Below, piece after piece: positions 1 through 8,757 of a DNA stretch of 41,648 nucleotides. The stretch is taken from the NCBI GenBank assembly GCA_030599585.1, contig JAUVNS010000026.1, positions 1-41,648 of the forward strand, in the 5' to 3' direction. The notes under the pieces are model-generated. The model searched no databases and had not been told where the DNA came from. It worked only from the letters and a program-made list of their open reading frames with translations. The translations under genes and the position numbers were made by a program. This DNA comes from Promethearchaeota archaeon. Its GTDB lineage: Archaea; Asgardarchaeota; Lokiarchaeia; Sigyniarchaeales; SOKP01. Each line of letters begins with the position of its first letter. Within the stretch, counting starts at the first letter, position 1.

Positions 1-357
1 CTATCTCCTTTTGCGTGGACAAACTTTAGTTTGACTTTACCCGAAAATTTTAATCTCAACTGGGAATTTGAGACGTATAACAGCTCTTTTCAAGCTTTAG
101 TGAGAATAGATGATCCTGACGGTTATTTTGAAAATTTAATAACTGCTGAGAGTGGGAGCGGAGTGTATGTAACAACAAAAGAGGGGAAATATACTATAAC
201 TCTATTGAATCCTGGTTCGGTTGGAGGATATATACACTTTACGTACAACGATCCAGCAGCAATTCCTGGTTCTATACCATTAATACTGATAGGAATTATC
301 GGGATTTTTGTGGTTTTGAAATCACATAGGTTTATAGCAAAAAGAAAAAGAAAATAG
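1..357 (+). CDS. 5'-truncated surface protein with C-terminal Loki-CTERM-like sorting signal
   Basis: Frame is open from base 1. It ends with an IPG motif, a hydrophobic helix and a basic tail (AIPGSIPLILIGIIGIFVVLKSHRFIAKRKRK), the layout of archaeosortase-type CTERM signals. Confidence 0.7.
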   Translation, partial: LSPFAWTNFSLTLPENFNLNWEFETYNSSFQALVRIDDPDGYFENLITAESGSGVYVTTKEGKYTITLLNPGSVGGYIHFTYNDPAAIPGSIPLILIGIIGIFVVLKSHRFIAKRKRK

Positions 358-381
358 AAAAAAGAAGGTAATATTCTCGGC

Positions 382-1410
382 TTGCATCAAAAATATAAAC
401 AAGATACTCTGATCAAAGAGGTCTTAACTGATCTCGAATCTCGGTTTTCAAAGCACGTTATTAGCGTGTTCGGAATAGGAAGTTATTTTGACGAAAATCT
501 CCCCCTTAACTGGATAAAAAACGACGTGGACTTGATCGCAATCGTAGATTCTTTAGACATCATCCCAAAGCAAGATTGGACTGAGGTTAGATACGAGAAA
601 AAGCGGATAGGGGATAAGGAAATCTGGACGGGATTTAACACCCTAGCAGGACTTCAAAATCGAGAACAATTCCAGAAAGAATCGTTTGCCAACTACGAGT
701 GGAGCCTACTCGACCTAAAACTTTCTGAGAATTCAGTTCTTCTTTACGGAAGAAACATTCGCAACCAATTACCTGAAGTTTTACACATCAAGTTTGACTA
801 CGAGAACGTTCTTATCCGCAGTTTATATCACCTCAACAAATGTTTTACGGATAGAGCGTCTCTTGAGTCGATGAGGGAATTTACAAAGGGCGTCTTTAAG
901 TTCGTTTTTTACCTCTGCGTCTATTTAGACTCCCAATTTCGCTTCACGTCTGTCGTGAAAATTGCCGAGAAAATAAAACTACTTGTTTCAAATAAAAAGA
1001 TTAATAGCGCTATTAATTCCTACTTTGAAGAAGCAGTCATTTTTCGAATTACTTCCCAATTTAAAACTGAGTTTACGTCAATAAGAGACGGATTTTTTAA
1101 ATTCGTGCTTTCTTTGCTGACAGGGGGGACTTTACACGTAAAATTGGATAAGTTTGAGGTTATTAAGTTTTTTAAAGAAAGTTTTGGAGGGTTTGGACAC
1201 TTAATCCGCTTCGTCAAGAAATTGGAATCCTTGGAAGCACCTAAAATAGTAGAAGATGAGAGCAAGAACGACAATTACCTAACTCCAAAATTACAAGCGT
1301 TTGGCATAAAAGATAGTAAAATGAGGAACGTAATCTGTCCACATTGTAGTTCAAAGTGCTCTACCACTCTGAAGTTTTGCGGAATTTGTGGCGAACATTT
1401 ACCTAAGTAA
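382..1410 (+). CDS. Pol-beta-superfamily nucleotidyltransferase-like protein with C-terminal zinc ribbon
   Basis: GIGS followed by DVDL (GS..DxD motif), then a helical domain and C-terminal CPHC...CGIC. Confidence 0.6.
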   Translation: MHQKYKQDTLIKEVLTDLESRFSKHVISVFGIGSYFDENLPLNWIKNDVDLIAIVDSLDIIPKQDWTEVRYEKKRIGDKEIWTGFNTLAGLQNREQFQKESFANYEWSLLDLKLSENSVLLYGRNIRNQLPEVLHIKFDYENVLIRSLYHLNKCFTDRASLESMREFTKGVFKFVFYLCVYLDSQFRFTSVVKIAEKIKLLVSNKKINSAINSYFEEAVIFRITSQFKTEFTSIRDGFFKFVLSLLTGGTLHVKLDKFEVIKFFKESFGGFGHLIRFVKKLESLEAPKIVEDESKNDNYLTPKLQAFGIKDSKMRNVICPHCSSKCSTTLKFCGICGEHLPK

Positions 1411-1418
1411 GATGGTTC

Positions 1419-1895
1419 TTACAAATTTATAGAGTAATTCGGCGTGTCGTCCTTTAAACTTCTGTTTATTTTGTTATCTTCTACTAAATGGCTAATTATG
1501 GCTTCAAATTCTTCCGAAATTCCTTGATAGTTTACTTGATCGCTTATCGAGGCAGAGTTGAACGATTTTCCTTTGTTATCAATTAGAAACTGTAAAATTT
1601 GGTTTTCTGTCCAAGGTGAGGAGTACTCAAATCGCTTAATTTTTCCTTTGGTAGTTACAAAACCCCTCGTAGCAAGAGCAACAAATAAACCGATAAGACT
1701 ATCAAACATAATCAAAAAAAAATTAATGAAAACCACATACTGTCCTAACGCCGCAACTAAAAGAGATAAGAAGAAATTAGTGGTAGAATAGAGTAGAAAA
1801 ACGTTAAAACCGATCAAGGTTAATACGCAAGGTATAAACACGAGTAAGTAGACGATAAGATGATTTCTATATCGTTTCCTTTTTTCTTCTAACAA
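1419..1895 (-). CDS. Membrane protein with C-terminal winged-helix-like domain
   Basis: Two or three hydrophobic segments, then QILQFLIDNKGKSFNSASIS...ISHLVEDNKI, a wHTH-like pattern. Confidence 0.55.
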   Translation of the reverse strand: MLEEKRKRYRNHLIVYLLVFIPCVLTLIGFNVFLLYSTTNFFLSLLVAALGQYVVFINFFLIMFDSLIGLFVALATRGFVTTKGKIKRFEYSSPWTENQILQFLIDNKGKSFNSASISDQVNYQGISEEFEAIISHLVEDNKINRSLKDDTPNYSINL

Positions 1896-2124
1896 ACTAT
1901 AATCGATTCTCTTTTTACTTACCAGGTGGAATCGCCACTTTTCTGTAATTGTGCTTAAAAGATAATTCTTAATAAAATATACTTTGGTGTTAAAGGTTAA
2001 TAAAGTATCTTTTTTATCGCGTTATTCGGTCCGTACCCCTTTGGTAACCACCGATAAAACGGCTTAAACCGTCGATCATAACAAAATGAAAGATATTCTT
2101 TCATTGCTAATGTTATTGAGAAAT

Positions 2125-4422
2125 TTAAATTTCGACATACTTCTTATCTTTTTTGCCGTGAATTTTAGGAACGAATATCTGATTCACAAGGAGCTTTGAT
2201 AATTTTCTTCTATAACTTTTAGTTAAATATTTTATCTGTTGCTTAACAGTATTATTAAGCATTTCAGAATTTCTTTGGGTTTTGAGATCAAATAATCTGT
2301 CGTTCACAAATTCTTGGTTGATAACTTTAAATTTGTTATTTATTTGCTCGAGAGTTGTTTTATCAGAAAACATATTTTGAACTGATTTGTTCATTTCTAT
2401 TTGTAGATCATCTTTAAACTCTCTGGAATTTCTTAAATATTTTTCTTTTTGAATTGGGGTTAATTCTTTAAAATATTTTGATAAATATCTAGAAAAGTAA
2501 TAATAAGCTCCTTCTATAATAGGCTTGTGATTTTCTTCTCTCGTGAATTCTTCATATATCAAATTATATTTCACAATTAAACATTTAGCATAAAGTTTGA
2601 ATGATCCCACAAAAGTTTGATTTTCTTTATCCTTGGCTGTAACTGTTAATATTAGGTAGTTATCTTCTTCATAATCTTCATGAGTAAATAAATTTGCTGA
2701 ATCTTTAAAGATATCACTAATATCAAGCTTAAAATCTGTAAGGTCTTTGGTAAATTGATGATGGGGATTTGAAGAGACTTTTTCCAGCGTGGCTGTCCAA
2801 GTTATTGGGTTGTTAACACCTTTAGAATTAATAAAAATATAAACAGGTTTTTTTATTTCACCTAAGTGATAACTTATTGATATATTTTTTAATTTACCGG
2901 TAGGATCCCCCGCGATTTCTCCAAGTACTCCCACTCTTCTCGCCCATAATTTTTCTGTTTCTTTTTCAGTTAAATTTTTGTTTATTTTTACATCATCATT
3001 CGATATTTTTGCATCGACAATCAATTGTGGGGGTCCTAGTTTTGGAAGTCTACCAGTTCTTACCATATGTTCATATCTATGAATATCTTTAAAAGGAATA
3101 ATTTCAATCTCCTGTGTTGCTAATCCTTTAAGACTATGTCGTTTAATAGTTTCAGCAATTGGTTTTATTTGAAGAGGATCTCCGACTATTTTATTCCTTC
3201 TTAGTTGTATCTTCACATCGACTCCATATTCCACATAATCATTATCAACAACAATATTCAGTAGTAAAGAAATGACATGATTATCGCTAGAGCAGTCAAT
3301 TTCAGTATATTTTCTACCTGTAACAGGGTCTTCATAAATTTTCCACTCGCTCTCGTTCCACGCTTTAATTTTAATTGTATAATTTGGTTTAAACCTTATT
3401 CTATCTATGTTAGTATCAAAATTTAGATGATTACTATATAAAGTGCTTGTCGCATCAAATGGGCTTTCTTGAGATGGACCACGAATAGACACGTTAAGGA
3501 TCTTTACTTTTTCAATATACGCTCTCGTTTTTCCATAAAGCTTATATTTACCTTCATTCCAAGTCCCTCCACTACGATCAAATTCTCTATTCCAAGTAAT
3601 CGTCTTTACGACTTGATCTTGGTAATCCAATTGATTCGTACCTTTAATTAAATCTTCCTCCAACCAATATTTAGTGTGTGTTCCGAGGATATCGTCGGGA
3701 TCAGAAGTACCTGCTATCCATTCAAAAACGTTAGAATGATTATAAAAATAGTTTTTAATCTTATCCTCTATTTTTTCTTTAGCTTCGTCCTTAATCTCCT
3801 CTAAAAGGCTATCAGGTATTTGAATTATGTCTTCCTCTTCCTCTCCCTCAACTAATTCTTCAAGATCTACTACGAGCTCTGAAAATACTTCGTCAAGTTT
3901 ATTCCTTAACACACTTCTAAATCTCTTAGCTCCTGCTAAGATAACATCGTTTGGTGTCGAATCTTCTTCAAGTAAAATAACTACACATCCGACTAAGAAA
4001 GGTGCGAAGAAATTAAACATCGGTTCCCCTAACCAAAAAACATCAGCTTTATGAAGTTCTCCAAAGTCAATTTTAAAAGGATAAAAACCTCTAAAACTCA
4101 TATTCTTGATTGTCCTTTCTTTTCCATCTTCCCAGCCCAACCCAACATTTCTATGTCCGAAACTACTGCTAGTTATCTGAGCGTCAGATGGGAAAACATC
4201 GCAAAAATGAGCTATTCCTGGTTTTTTTTTAAATCTTCCAATAATTTTTTCTGGGTCACCTTCGTAATCAAATCGAAAATCAACGTTTTTAAAATCCACT
4301 TTAAAATATACTATCCAAATAAAAGGATGAGCAGCACCAATCTCTCCATCTTCGATACATTTTAACCTATCAAGCCATATTTCACACTTTCTCAGAAAAT
4401 AAGTGTTGGACGAATTTGTCAT
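2125..4422 (-). CDS. Large hypothetical protein (765 aa)
   Basis: Long ORF with acidic motifs (LLEED, DPDDILG) in a beta-rich N-terminal domain. No family recognised. Confidence 0.75.
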   Translation of the reverse strand: MTNSSNTYFLRKCEIWLDRLKCIEDGEIGAAHPFIWIVYFKVDFKNVDFRFDYEGDPEKIIGRFKKKPGIAHFCDVFPSDAQITSSSFGHRNVGLGWEDGKERTIKNMSFRGFYPFKIDFGELHKADVFWLGEPMFNFFAPFLVGCVVILLEEDSTPNDVILAGAKRFRSVLRNKLDEVFSELVVDLEELVEGEEEEDIIQIPDSLLEEIKDEAKEKIEDKIKNYFYNHSNVFEWIAGTSDPDDILGTHTKYWLEEDLIKGTNQLDYQDQVVKTITWNREFDRSGGTWNEGKYKLYGKTRAYIEKVKILNVSIRGPSQESPFDATSTLYSNHLNFDTNIDRIRFKPNYTIKIKAWNESEWKIYEDPVTGRKYTEIDCSSDNHVISLLLNIVVDNDYVEYGVDVKIQLRRNKIVGDPLQIKPIAETIKRHSLKGLATQEIEIIPFKDIHRYEHMVRTGRLPKLGPPQLIVDAKISNDDVKINKNLTEKETEKLWARRVGVLGEIAGDPTGKLKNISISYHLGEIKKPVYIFINSKGVNNPITWTATLEKVSSNPHHQFTKDLTDFKLDISDIFKDSANLFTHEDYEEDNYLILTVTAKDKENQTFVGSFKLYAKCLIVKYNLIYEEFTREENHKPIIEGAYYYFSRYLSKYFKELTPIQKEKYLRNSREFKDDLQIEMNKSVQNMFSDKTTLEQINNKFKVINQEFVNDRLFDLKTQRNSEMLNNTVKQQIKYLTKSYRRKLSKLLVNQIFVPKIHGKKDKKYVEI

Positions 4423-4539
4423 AAAAAACTATAACCAACCATTAAATATAAATGGTGTCATTTAAAATTTGGTCGTTTTATGACTTATAAAATCTATTTG
4501 CTATAGAAAATATATTGTTGTTTTTCTAATAAGAAGAGA

Positions 4540-4656
4540 GACTCCTGCCACCAAGACCTAATAAGAAGGTCAGAAAGATCATAGGGTTAGGAGGGCGAAA
4601 TATAGTGTGAATTACACACTACCAAAAGACAAAAATCCAGGGCGGCAACAGGAGTC
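4540..4656 (-). ncRNA. Candidate structured RNA or DNA element (multi-stem, 117 nt)
   Basis: Terminal stem GACTCCTG 4540-4547 / CAGGAGTC 4649-4656. On the minus strand GCCGCC pairs with GGUGGC (one G-U). Internal hairpins GACCT/AGGTC (4555-4571) and TAGTGTG/CACACTA (4603-4621). GC-rich within an AT-rich spacer. Confidence 0.4.
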
Positions 4657-5253
4657 ATAGTTTGATTTTTCCCCATCGTAATTCTTTCTTTTTTTACTTG
4701 GAATTTTTTTCCTCTCAAAATGTAAAATTAGGAGCGAAAAAAATGCTAAGATTTTATCTTTTCTTACATTTACTATTTCTTTTTCGAGTATTTAAACCTT
4801 TTCACATAGCCAGATTAGTAGCACGCCGTTATCTCTTTTTTTAACTTTAAAGCGTAACAAGTTTAAATTGTAAACCTCTTTAGAATCATTCTATATTTAA
4901 CTTTCGATAAATTTCTGATCTAAACATCCGAGCCATCTTATGATGGGGATTTATTGATAATGCTATTTCAAATTGCTCTCTGGTTTCTCAATCGAGAAAA
5001 TAAAATCGTTAGCTATAGCTGAGTCCGAAGCGCCTATTGAACTGGCTATTAAGGAAGGTAAGAAGAGCGTCAGAATTATTAATACTTAATTTTTCCACGC
5101 AAAGTGCGGTATGTTTGTCTTTTTGCAAATATATCAAAACAACAAATAGATCTTCGTTTGTAAACATTGTTAATTACAATAAAGTTAAGCACTCTCTATT
5201 CTTTTTTTTATTTTTAGTTTAATTGACATAACACAAATAATACGCGAAGAACG

Positions 5254-6201
5254 ATGAGCAAAGAAATTATAATCATTATGGGTTATCCCGCTTCGGGAAA
5301 GACGGTTCTTGCAAGAGAATACCAGGGACGAGGGTATTATAGAATAAATAGAGACGAACTCGGAGGGTCCTTGACCGATTTAGTTAAGCATGTAGAACGC
5401 AAACACGCTGAAAATAGCGAATCTCAATTTGTTATGGATAACACTTACCCGACAGTAGAATCCCGGCAATCAATTATTAAATGGGCCCACGACAACGATT
5501 TCGAAATTCACTGTAAATACATAAGCATTGACGTAGGAGACGCCTTGTATAACGCTTCTAAGCGGTTGATCGACACCTACGGGAAGCTATTAAATCCGGA
5601 AGAAATCAAAAATACCAAAGAAGTGGGAGTATACCCTCCGGTGGTGATTTATAAGTATCGAAAGACCGTTCAGACTCCAAAAAAAGAAGAAGGATTTCAC
5701 AGCGTAGAAAAGATAAAATTTAAGCGAAAAATTGACAAGGCAGAATATAAAAACAAAGCTATTATTTTAGATTACGACGGAACTCTTAGAAAAACAAAGT
5801 CGGGAGAGAGATACCCGTCCACTCCTGAAGATATTGAGATACTTCCTAACCGAGCTCAAGTTTTGAAAGAATATCAAGAAAACGGTTACTTGTTGTTAGG
5901 AGTTTCGAACCAATCTTTTGTTGCGAAAGGAGATTTCACTATCGAACAGCTTATCGAATGCTTCGAAAACACTCACGCCCTTTTAGGAATCGATTTCGAA
6001 TATAAATTTTGCCCTCACCCCGCCTTCCCTCAGATTTGTTATTGCAGAAAGCCGATGCCTGGAATCGGAGTTGAATATATCGAAAGATACAAGCTCGATC
6101 CTTCCCAGTGTATCATGGTTGGCGATATGAAAGTCGACAACACCTTTGCGAACCGTTGCGGGTTTCAGTTCGTCCACGCCGACGAGTTTTTTACTAAATA
6201 A
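5254..6201 (+). CDS. Bifunctional polynucleotide 5'-kinase/3'-phosphatase (PNKP-like), kinase-HAD order
   Basis: Kinase: P-loop GYPASGKT, INRDELG, VMDNTYPTVESR, YRK...P..EEGF. HAD-IIIA phosphatase: LDYDGTLRKTKSG, VSNQ, CRKPMPG, MVGD. Confidence 0.85.
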   Translation: MSKEIIIIMGYPASGKTVLAREYQGRGYYRINRDELGGSLTDLVKHVERKHAENSESQFVMDNTYPTVESRQSIIKWAHDNDFEIHCKYISIDVGDALYNASKRLIDTYGKLLNPEEIKNTKEVGVYPPVVIYKYRKTVQTPKKEEGFHSVEKIKFKRKIDKAEYKNKAIILDYDGTLRKTKSGERYPSTPEDIEILPNRAQVLKEYQENGYLLLGVSNQSFVAKGDFTIEQLIECFENTHALLGIDFEYKFCPHPAFPQICYCRKPMPGIGVEYIERYKLDPSQCIMVGDMKVDNTFANRCGFQFVHADEFFTK

Positions 6202-6243
6202 ATCGGATATGTTTCTTTTTTCTAAGGAGAAACAATTTCTACG

Positions 6244-6268
6244 ATATTTTAAGTCTTTTAGTTCTTAA
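6244..6268 (+). repeat. 25-bp direct repeat, copy 1 (ATATTTTAAGTCTTTTAGTTCTTAA)
   Basis: Identical to 8490-8514. Confidence 0.85.
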
Positions 6269-6297
6269 TTTTTCAACTAAAAAGTTTAATTGTAATT

Positions 6298-8076
6298 GTG
6301 AAAACCAAAAGCCATAAAAAAATTTTCCTTTATAAACAACCGTTTGAAGAAGTCATAAAACAATTAATGGAAGTTATGAGGATGCAGAAAGTAAAACACG
6401 TTCGTATACCTGCTATTGCGGATGGAACGATCATAAATTGTCCGGTGTGCAACAGCGTGCGTCAGTTCGTACCTAACAAGGATAACAATTATTATTGCGT
6501 AAGGTGTGGTACTACTTTTGAGGGGGACGGGAGTATTGTAAAAACGGGTAAAATGTTGATTTGTCCAAGCTGTAATAGAGCGTCTACCAGATTTAAAAAA
6601 TTCAAAGGGTATTATTGCTGCGAAGCGTGCGGTTCTGAATTCAATCGCGACAAGTCGTTCGTAACAGAGAGGAGTTTCCATCCTTGCCCTCAATGTAGCG
6701 GAAAAACTATAACCTACCAGTTCAGTCAGAAACTATACCGGTGTCATCGATGCGGAACCGAGTACAAGAAAGGATTTTCTATCGTCACAAAGCGAAAAGC
6801 AGAACCATGCTTAGTATGTGGTAATAAAGACACGACTTACCGTTTCGAAAGAGGGAATTATATTTGTGCCAAGTGCGGTTCTGTGTTCACCACTAGAAGA
6901 AAAATTATAACCAAACGAATTCCTCAAATATGCCCGGGGTGCAACTCTGCAAAAACCCACTACCATAGGGACAAAGAATATCGTTGCGAGCGTTGTGGAA
7001 CTTGTTTCATTGAGGGAGGAACTATCACTAAATATCACAAGTATATCCCTTGCCCCGTTTGCAAGAACACTCAACCATCCTATCGCGTTTCCCATGGTAA
7101 TTTTGTGTGTACAAAATGCGGAACGATCTATCTCTCTCCTATAGAAATAATAAAAGTAGGAAGCGTGTTAAGCTGTCCGCTCTGCTCGTTCAAGCACACC
7201 ACATTTAGGACTTCTGAGAATAATTACAAGTGTTATCCGTGCGGCACAATCTTTTTAAGAAATAAGGAAATTGTTTCAGCTCAAGCGTTGTTCCATTGCT
7301 CTAATTGTAACAAAAGTATAGTCCACCACCTCGTAAGCCACGGGGCATATAGATGCAACCGATGTGGTTCTGAATTAGACGTAATCGTGGTAGATAAGCT
7401 GGCAAACGCAAAAGTTCGCAAATTCTACTTGAATTCCTTGAATTCGCTACAAATAATGGGAATGGAGGGTAAATGCGATGAGTTCGCTCATTTATTTTTC
7501 AGTATCAGGCACAGAATACAAAAAAATACGAAATATCGGTCGGTAAGAAAGCTCGGTCCGATCTTACTTTATTTTTTCTTAAAAACGAGGGGAATTTTAC
7601 TTGTTCTTCCCGATTTTTTGGACTTGTATCAGTTAAGGTACGCGGATTTTACCACGGATTTTAAATACTTGGCGAAAATTTACCCTGAATTTAACGAACG
7701 CGACAAAAAGTTCATAATCAAAGAGTATATAACCACTATTCTAAAGAGCCTTGAGACGAGCGAAAAGACGATAGAACTGGGGTTAACCTTGTTCGGACTT
7801 TTTTATCCGCTTATTCAACACGCAAAAGAAGAAGTTGTTGCTGCCATAATCTGCGTCCTTACAAAAATCTCGTGCGATATTCACAGTATTTCCGCGAAAG
7901 ATATTTTCGAAAAAGCGGGCGTCACCCAAAGCAGTCTCTACGCACACTTTCGAGGTAAAATCTTTCCGTACCTAGGCGTTTCACCTGACGTAACGATTAA
8001 AAGTTCTTCTAAAGCAATTAAAGAGCAGATTCGTTTAGTTCTTGGTCATCAGTATAAGATACATATCGCCAATTAG
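6298..8076 (+). CDS. Divergent TFB/TFIIB-like protein with eight tandem zinc ribbons
   Basis: Eight ~41-aa CxxC-x15/16-CxxCG units followed by a helical cyclin-fold-like region (RSVRKLGPILLYFFLK; VVAAIICVLT; ISAKDIFEKAGVTQSSL). The true start may be a downstream ATG. Confidence 0.7.
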   Translation: MKTKSHKKIFLYKQPFEEVIKQLMEVMRMQKVKHVRIPAIADGTIINCPVCNSVRQFVPNKDNNYYCVRCGTTFEGDGSIVKTGKMLICPSCNRASTRFKKFKGYYCCEACGSEFNRDKSFVTERSFHPCPQCSGKTITYQFSQKLYRCHRCGTEYKKGFSIVTKRKAEPCLVCGNKDTTYRFERGNYICAKCGSVFTTRRKIITKRIPQICPGCNSAKTHYHRDKEYRCERCGTCFIEGGTITKYHKYIPCPVCKNTQPSYRVSHGNFVCTKCGTIYLSPIEIIKVGSVLSCPLCSFKHTTFRTSENNYKCYPCGTIFLRNKEIVSAQALFHCSNCNKSIVHHLVSHGAYRCNRCGSELDVIVVDKLANAKVRKFYLNSLNSLQIMGMEGKCDEFAHLFFSIRHRIQKNTKYRSVRKLGPILLYFFLKTRGILLVLPDFLDLYQLRYADFTTDFKYLAKIYPEFNERDKKFIIKEYITTILKSLETSEKTIELGLTLFGLFYPLIQHAKEEVVAAIICVLTKISCDIHSISAKDIFEKAGVTQSSLYAHFRGKIFPYLGVSPDVTIKSSSKAIKEQIRLVLGHQYKIHIAN

Positions 8077-8331
8077 AATCAATAATCTCGAAAACTAACT
8101 AACTTATTTTAAAATTAAAAAAGTTTTTTCCCTCAGATTAACCGATAATAATAAAAAGGATACTTTTGCTTATCTTTGTTTGATTTTTTCCAAAATTACA
8201 CCCTTTTGATCACAAAATCACCATTTTGTTGACAATTGACGGCGATCGTTAGCAATCTTTTTCTTTTATATACGATCGTCGACAAAGTATTACAAATGTA
8301 TACAAAAACAGACTTTAAAGGTTAGAAGCAA

Positions 8332-8514
8332 ATGTCAGGTCAAAGCAAGAGAATACCCAAAAATTCTATTTTTATCGTAATTAAGTTCGATTCGAAAGAT
8401 CAAGTACACGAGATGCTACAAGATTCCGACTACCAAGAGGCTTATTCGAAAATTACGAACATTGGGTTACTCAAAGGTGGAAAGTGCGAATATTTTAAGT
8501 CTTTTAGTTCTTAA
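8332..8514 (+). CDS. Small hypothetical protein (60 aa), possibly ferredoxin-like/DUF1330-like fold
   Basis: ATG start. The segment IVIKFDSKDQVHEMLQDSDYQEAY resembles a dimeric alpha/beta-barrel motif. Confidence 0.35.
   Translation: MSGQSKRIPKNSIFIVIKFDSKDQVHEMLQDSDYQEAYSKITNIGLLKGGKCEYFKSFSS
8490..8514 (+). repeat. 25-bp direct repeat, copy 2
   Basis: Identical to 6244-6268. Confidence 0.85.
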
Positions 8515-8549
8515 ATTTTTAGTATTTTCTTTTTTTTTAGCAATTAACT

Positions 8550-8615
8550 TCTGGGACCTTAAGTCAAAATTCGGCCTCACCTCGTATTGTGGGTTAGGGA
8601 GCAAAAATTCCCAGA
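8550..8615. other. GC-rich structured islet, MITE-like
   Basis: Terminal inverted repeat TCTGGGA/TCCCAGA with an internal CTCAC/GTGGG stem. Flanked by TTCTTAA(A)TTTTT at 8508-8520 and 8616-8627. Confidence 0.35.
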
Positions 8616-8757
8616 TTCTTAATTTTTATCAACAAAAATTTAATTCTGTCTAATTTTTACACTTGTAAACCTTGTTTCAAGATTCACTTGCATTCTTCTT
8701 GGACTATTCACGATCCAACAAAAGTTTTAATCAAATCTTAACCGTTCTTTCTTTTAT

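Noticed and set aside
4540-4656. tRNA, 5S rRNA, SECIS or hammerhead identity for the structured islet
   Set aside because: No T-arm GTTCRA, no 5S conserved loop sequence, no CUGANGA core and no convincing SECIS geometry or selenoprotein nearby.
4662-5222. Short ORFs 4662..4844 and 5037..5222
   Set aside because: TTG starts, Phe/Leu-rich translation of T-rich intergenic DNA and no RBS.
6430-7380. CRISPR array or DNA tandem repeat
   Set aside because: The periodicity is at protein level (zinc ribbons). Nucleotide copies are diverged, with no identical repeat-spacer structure.
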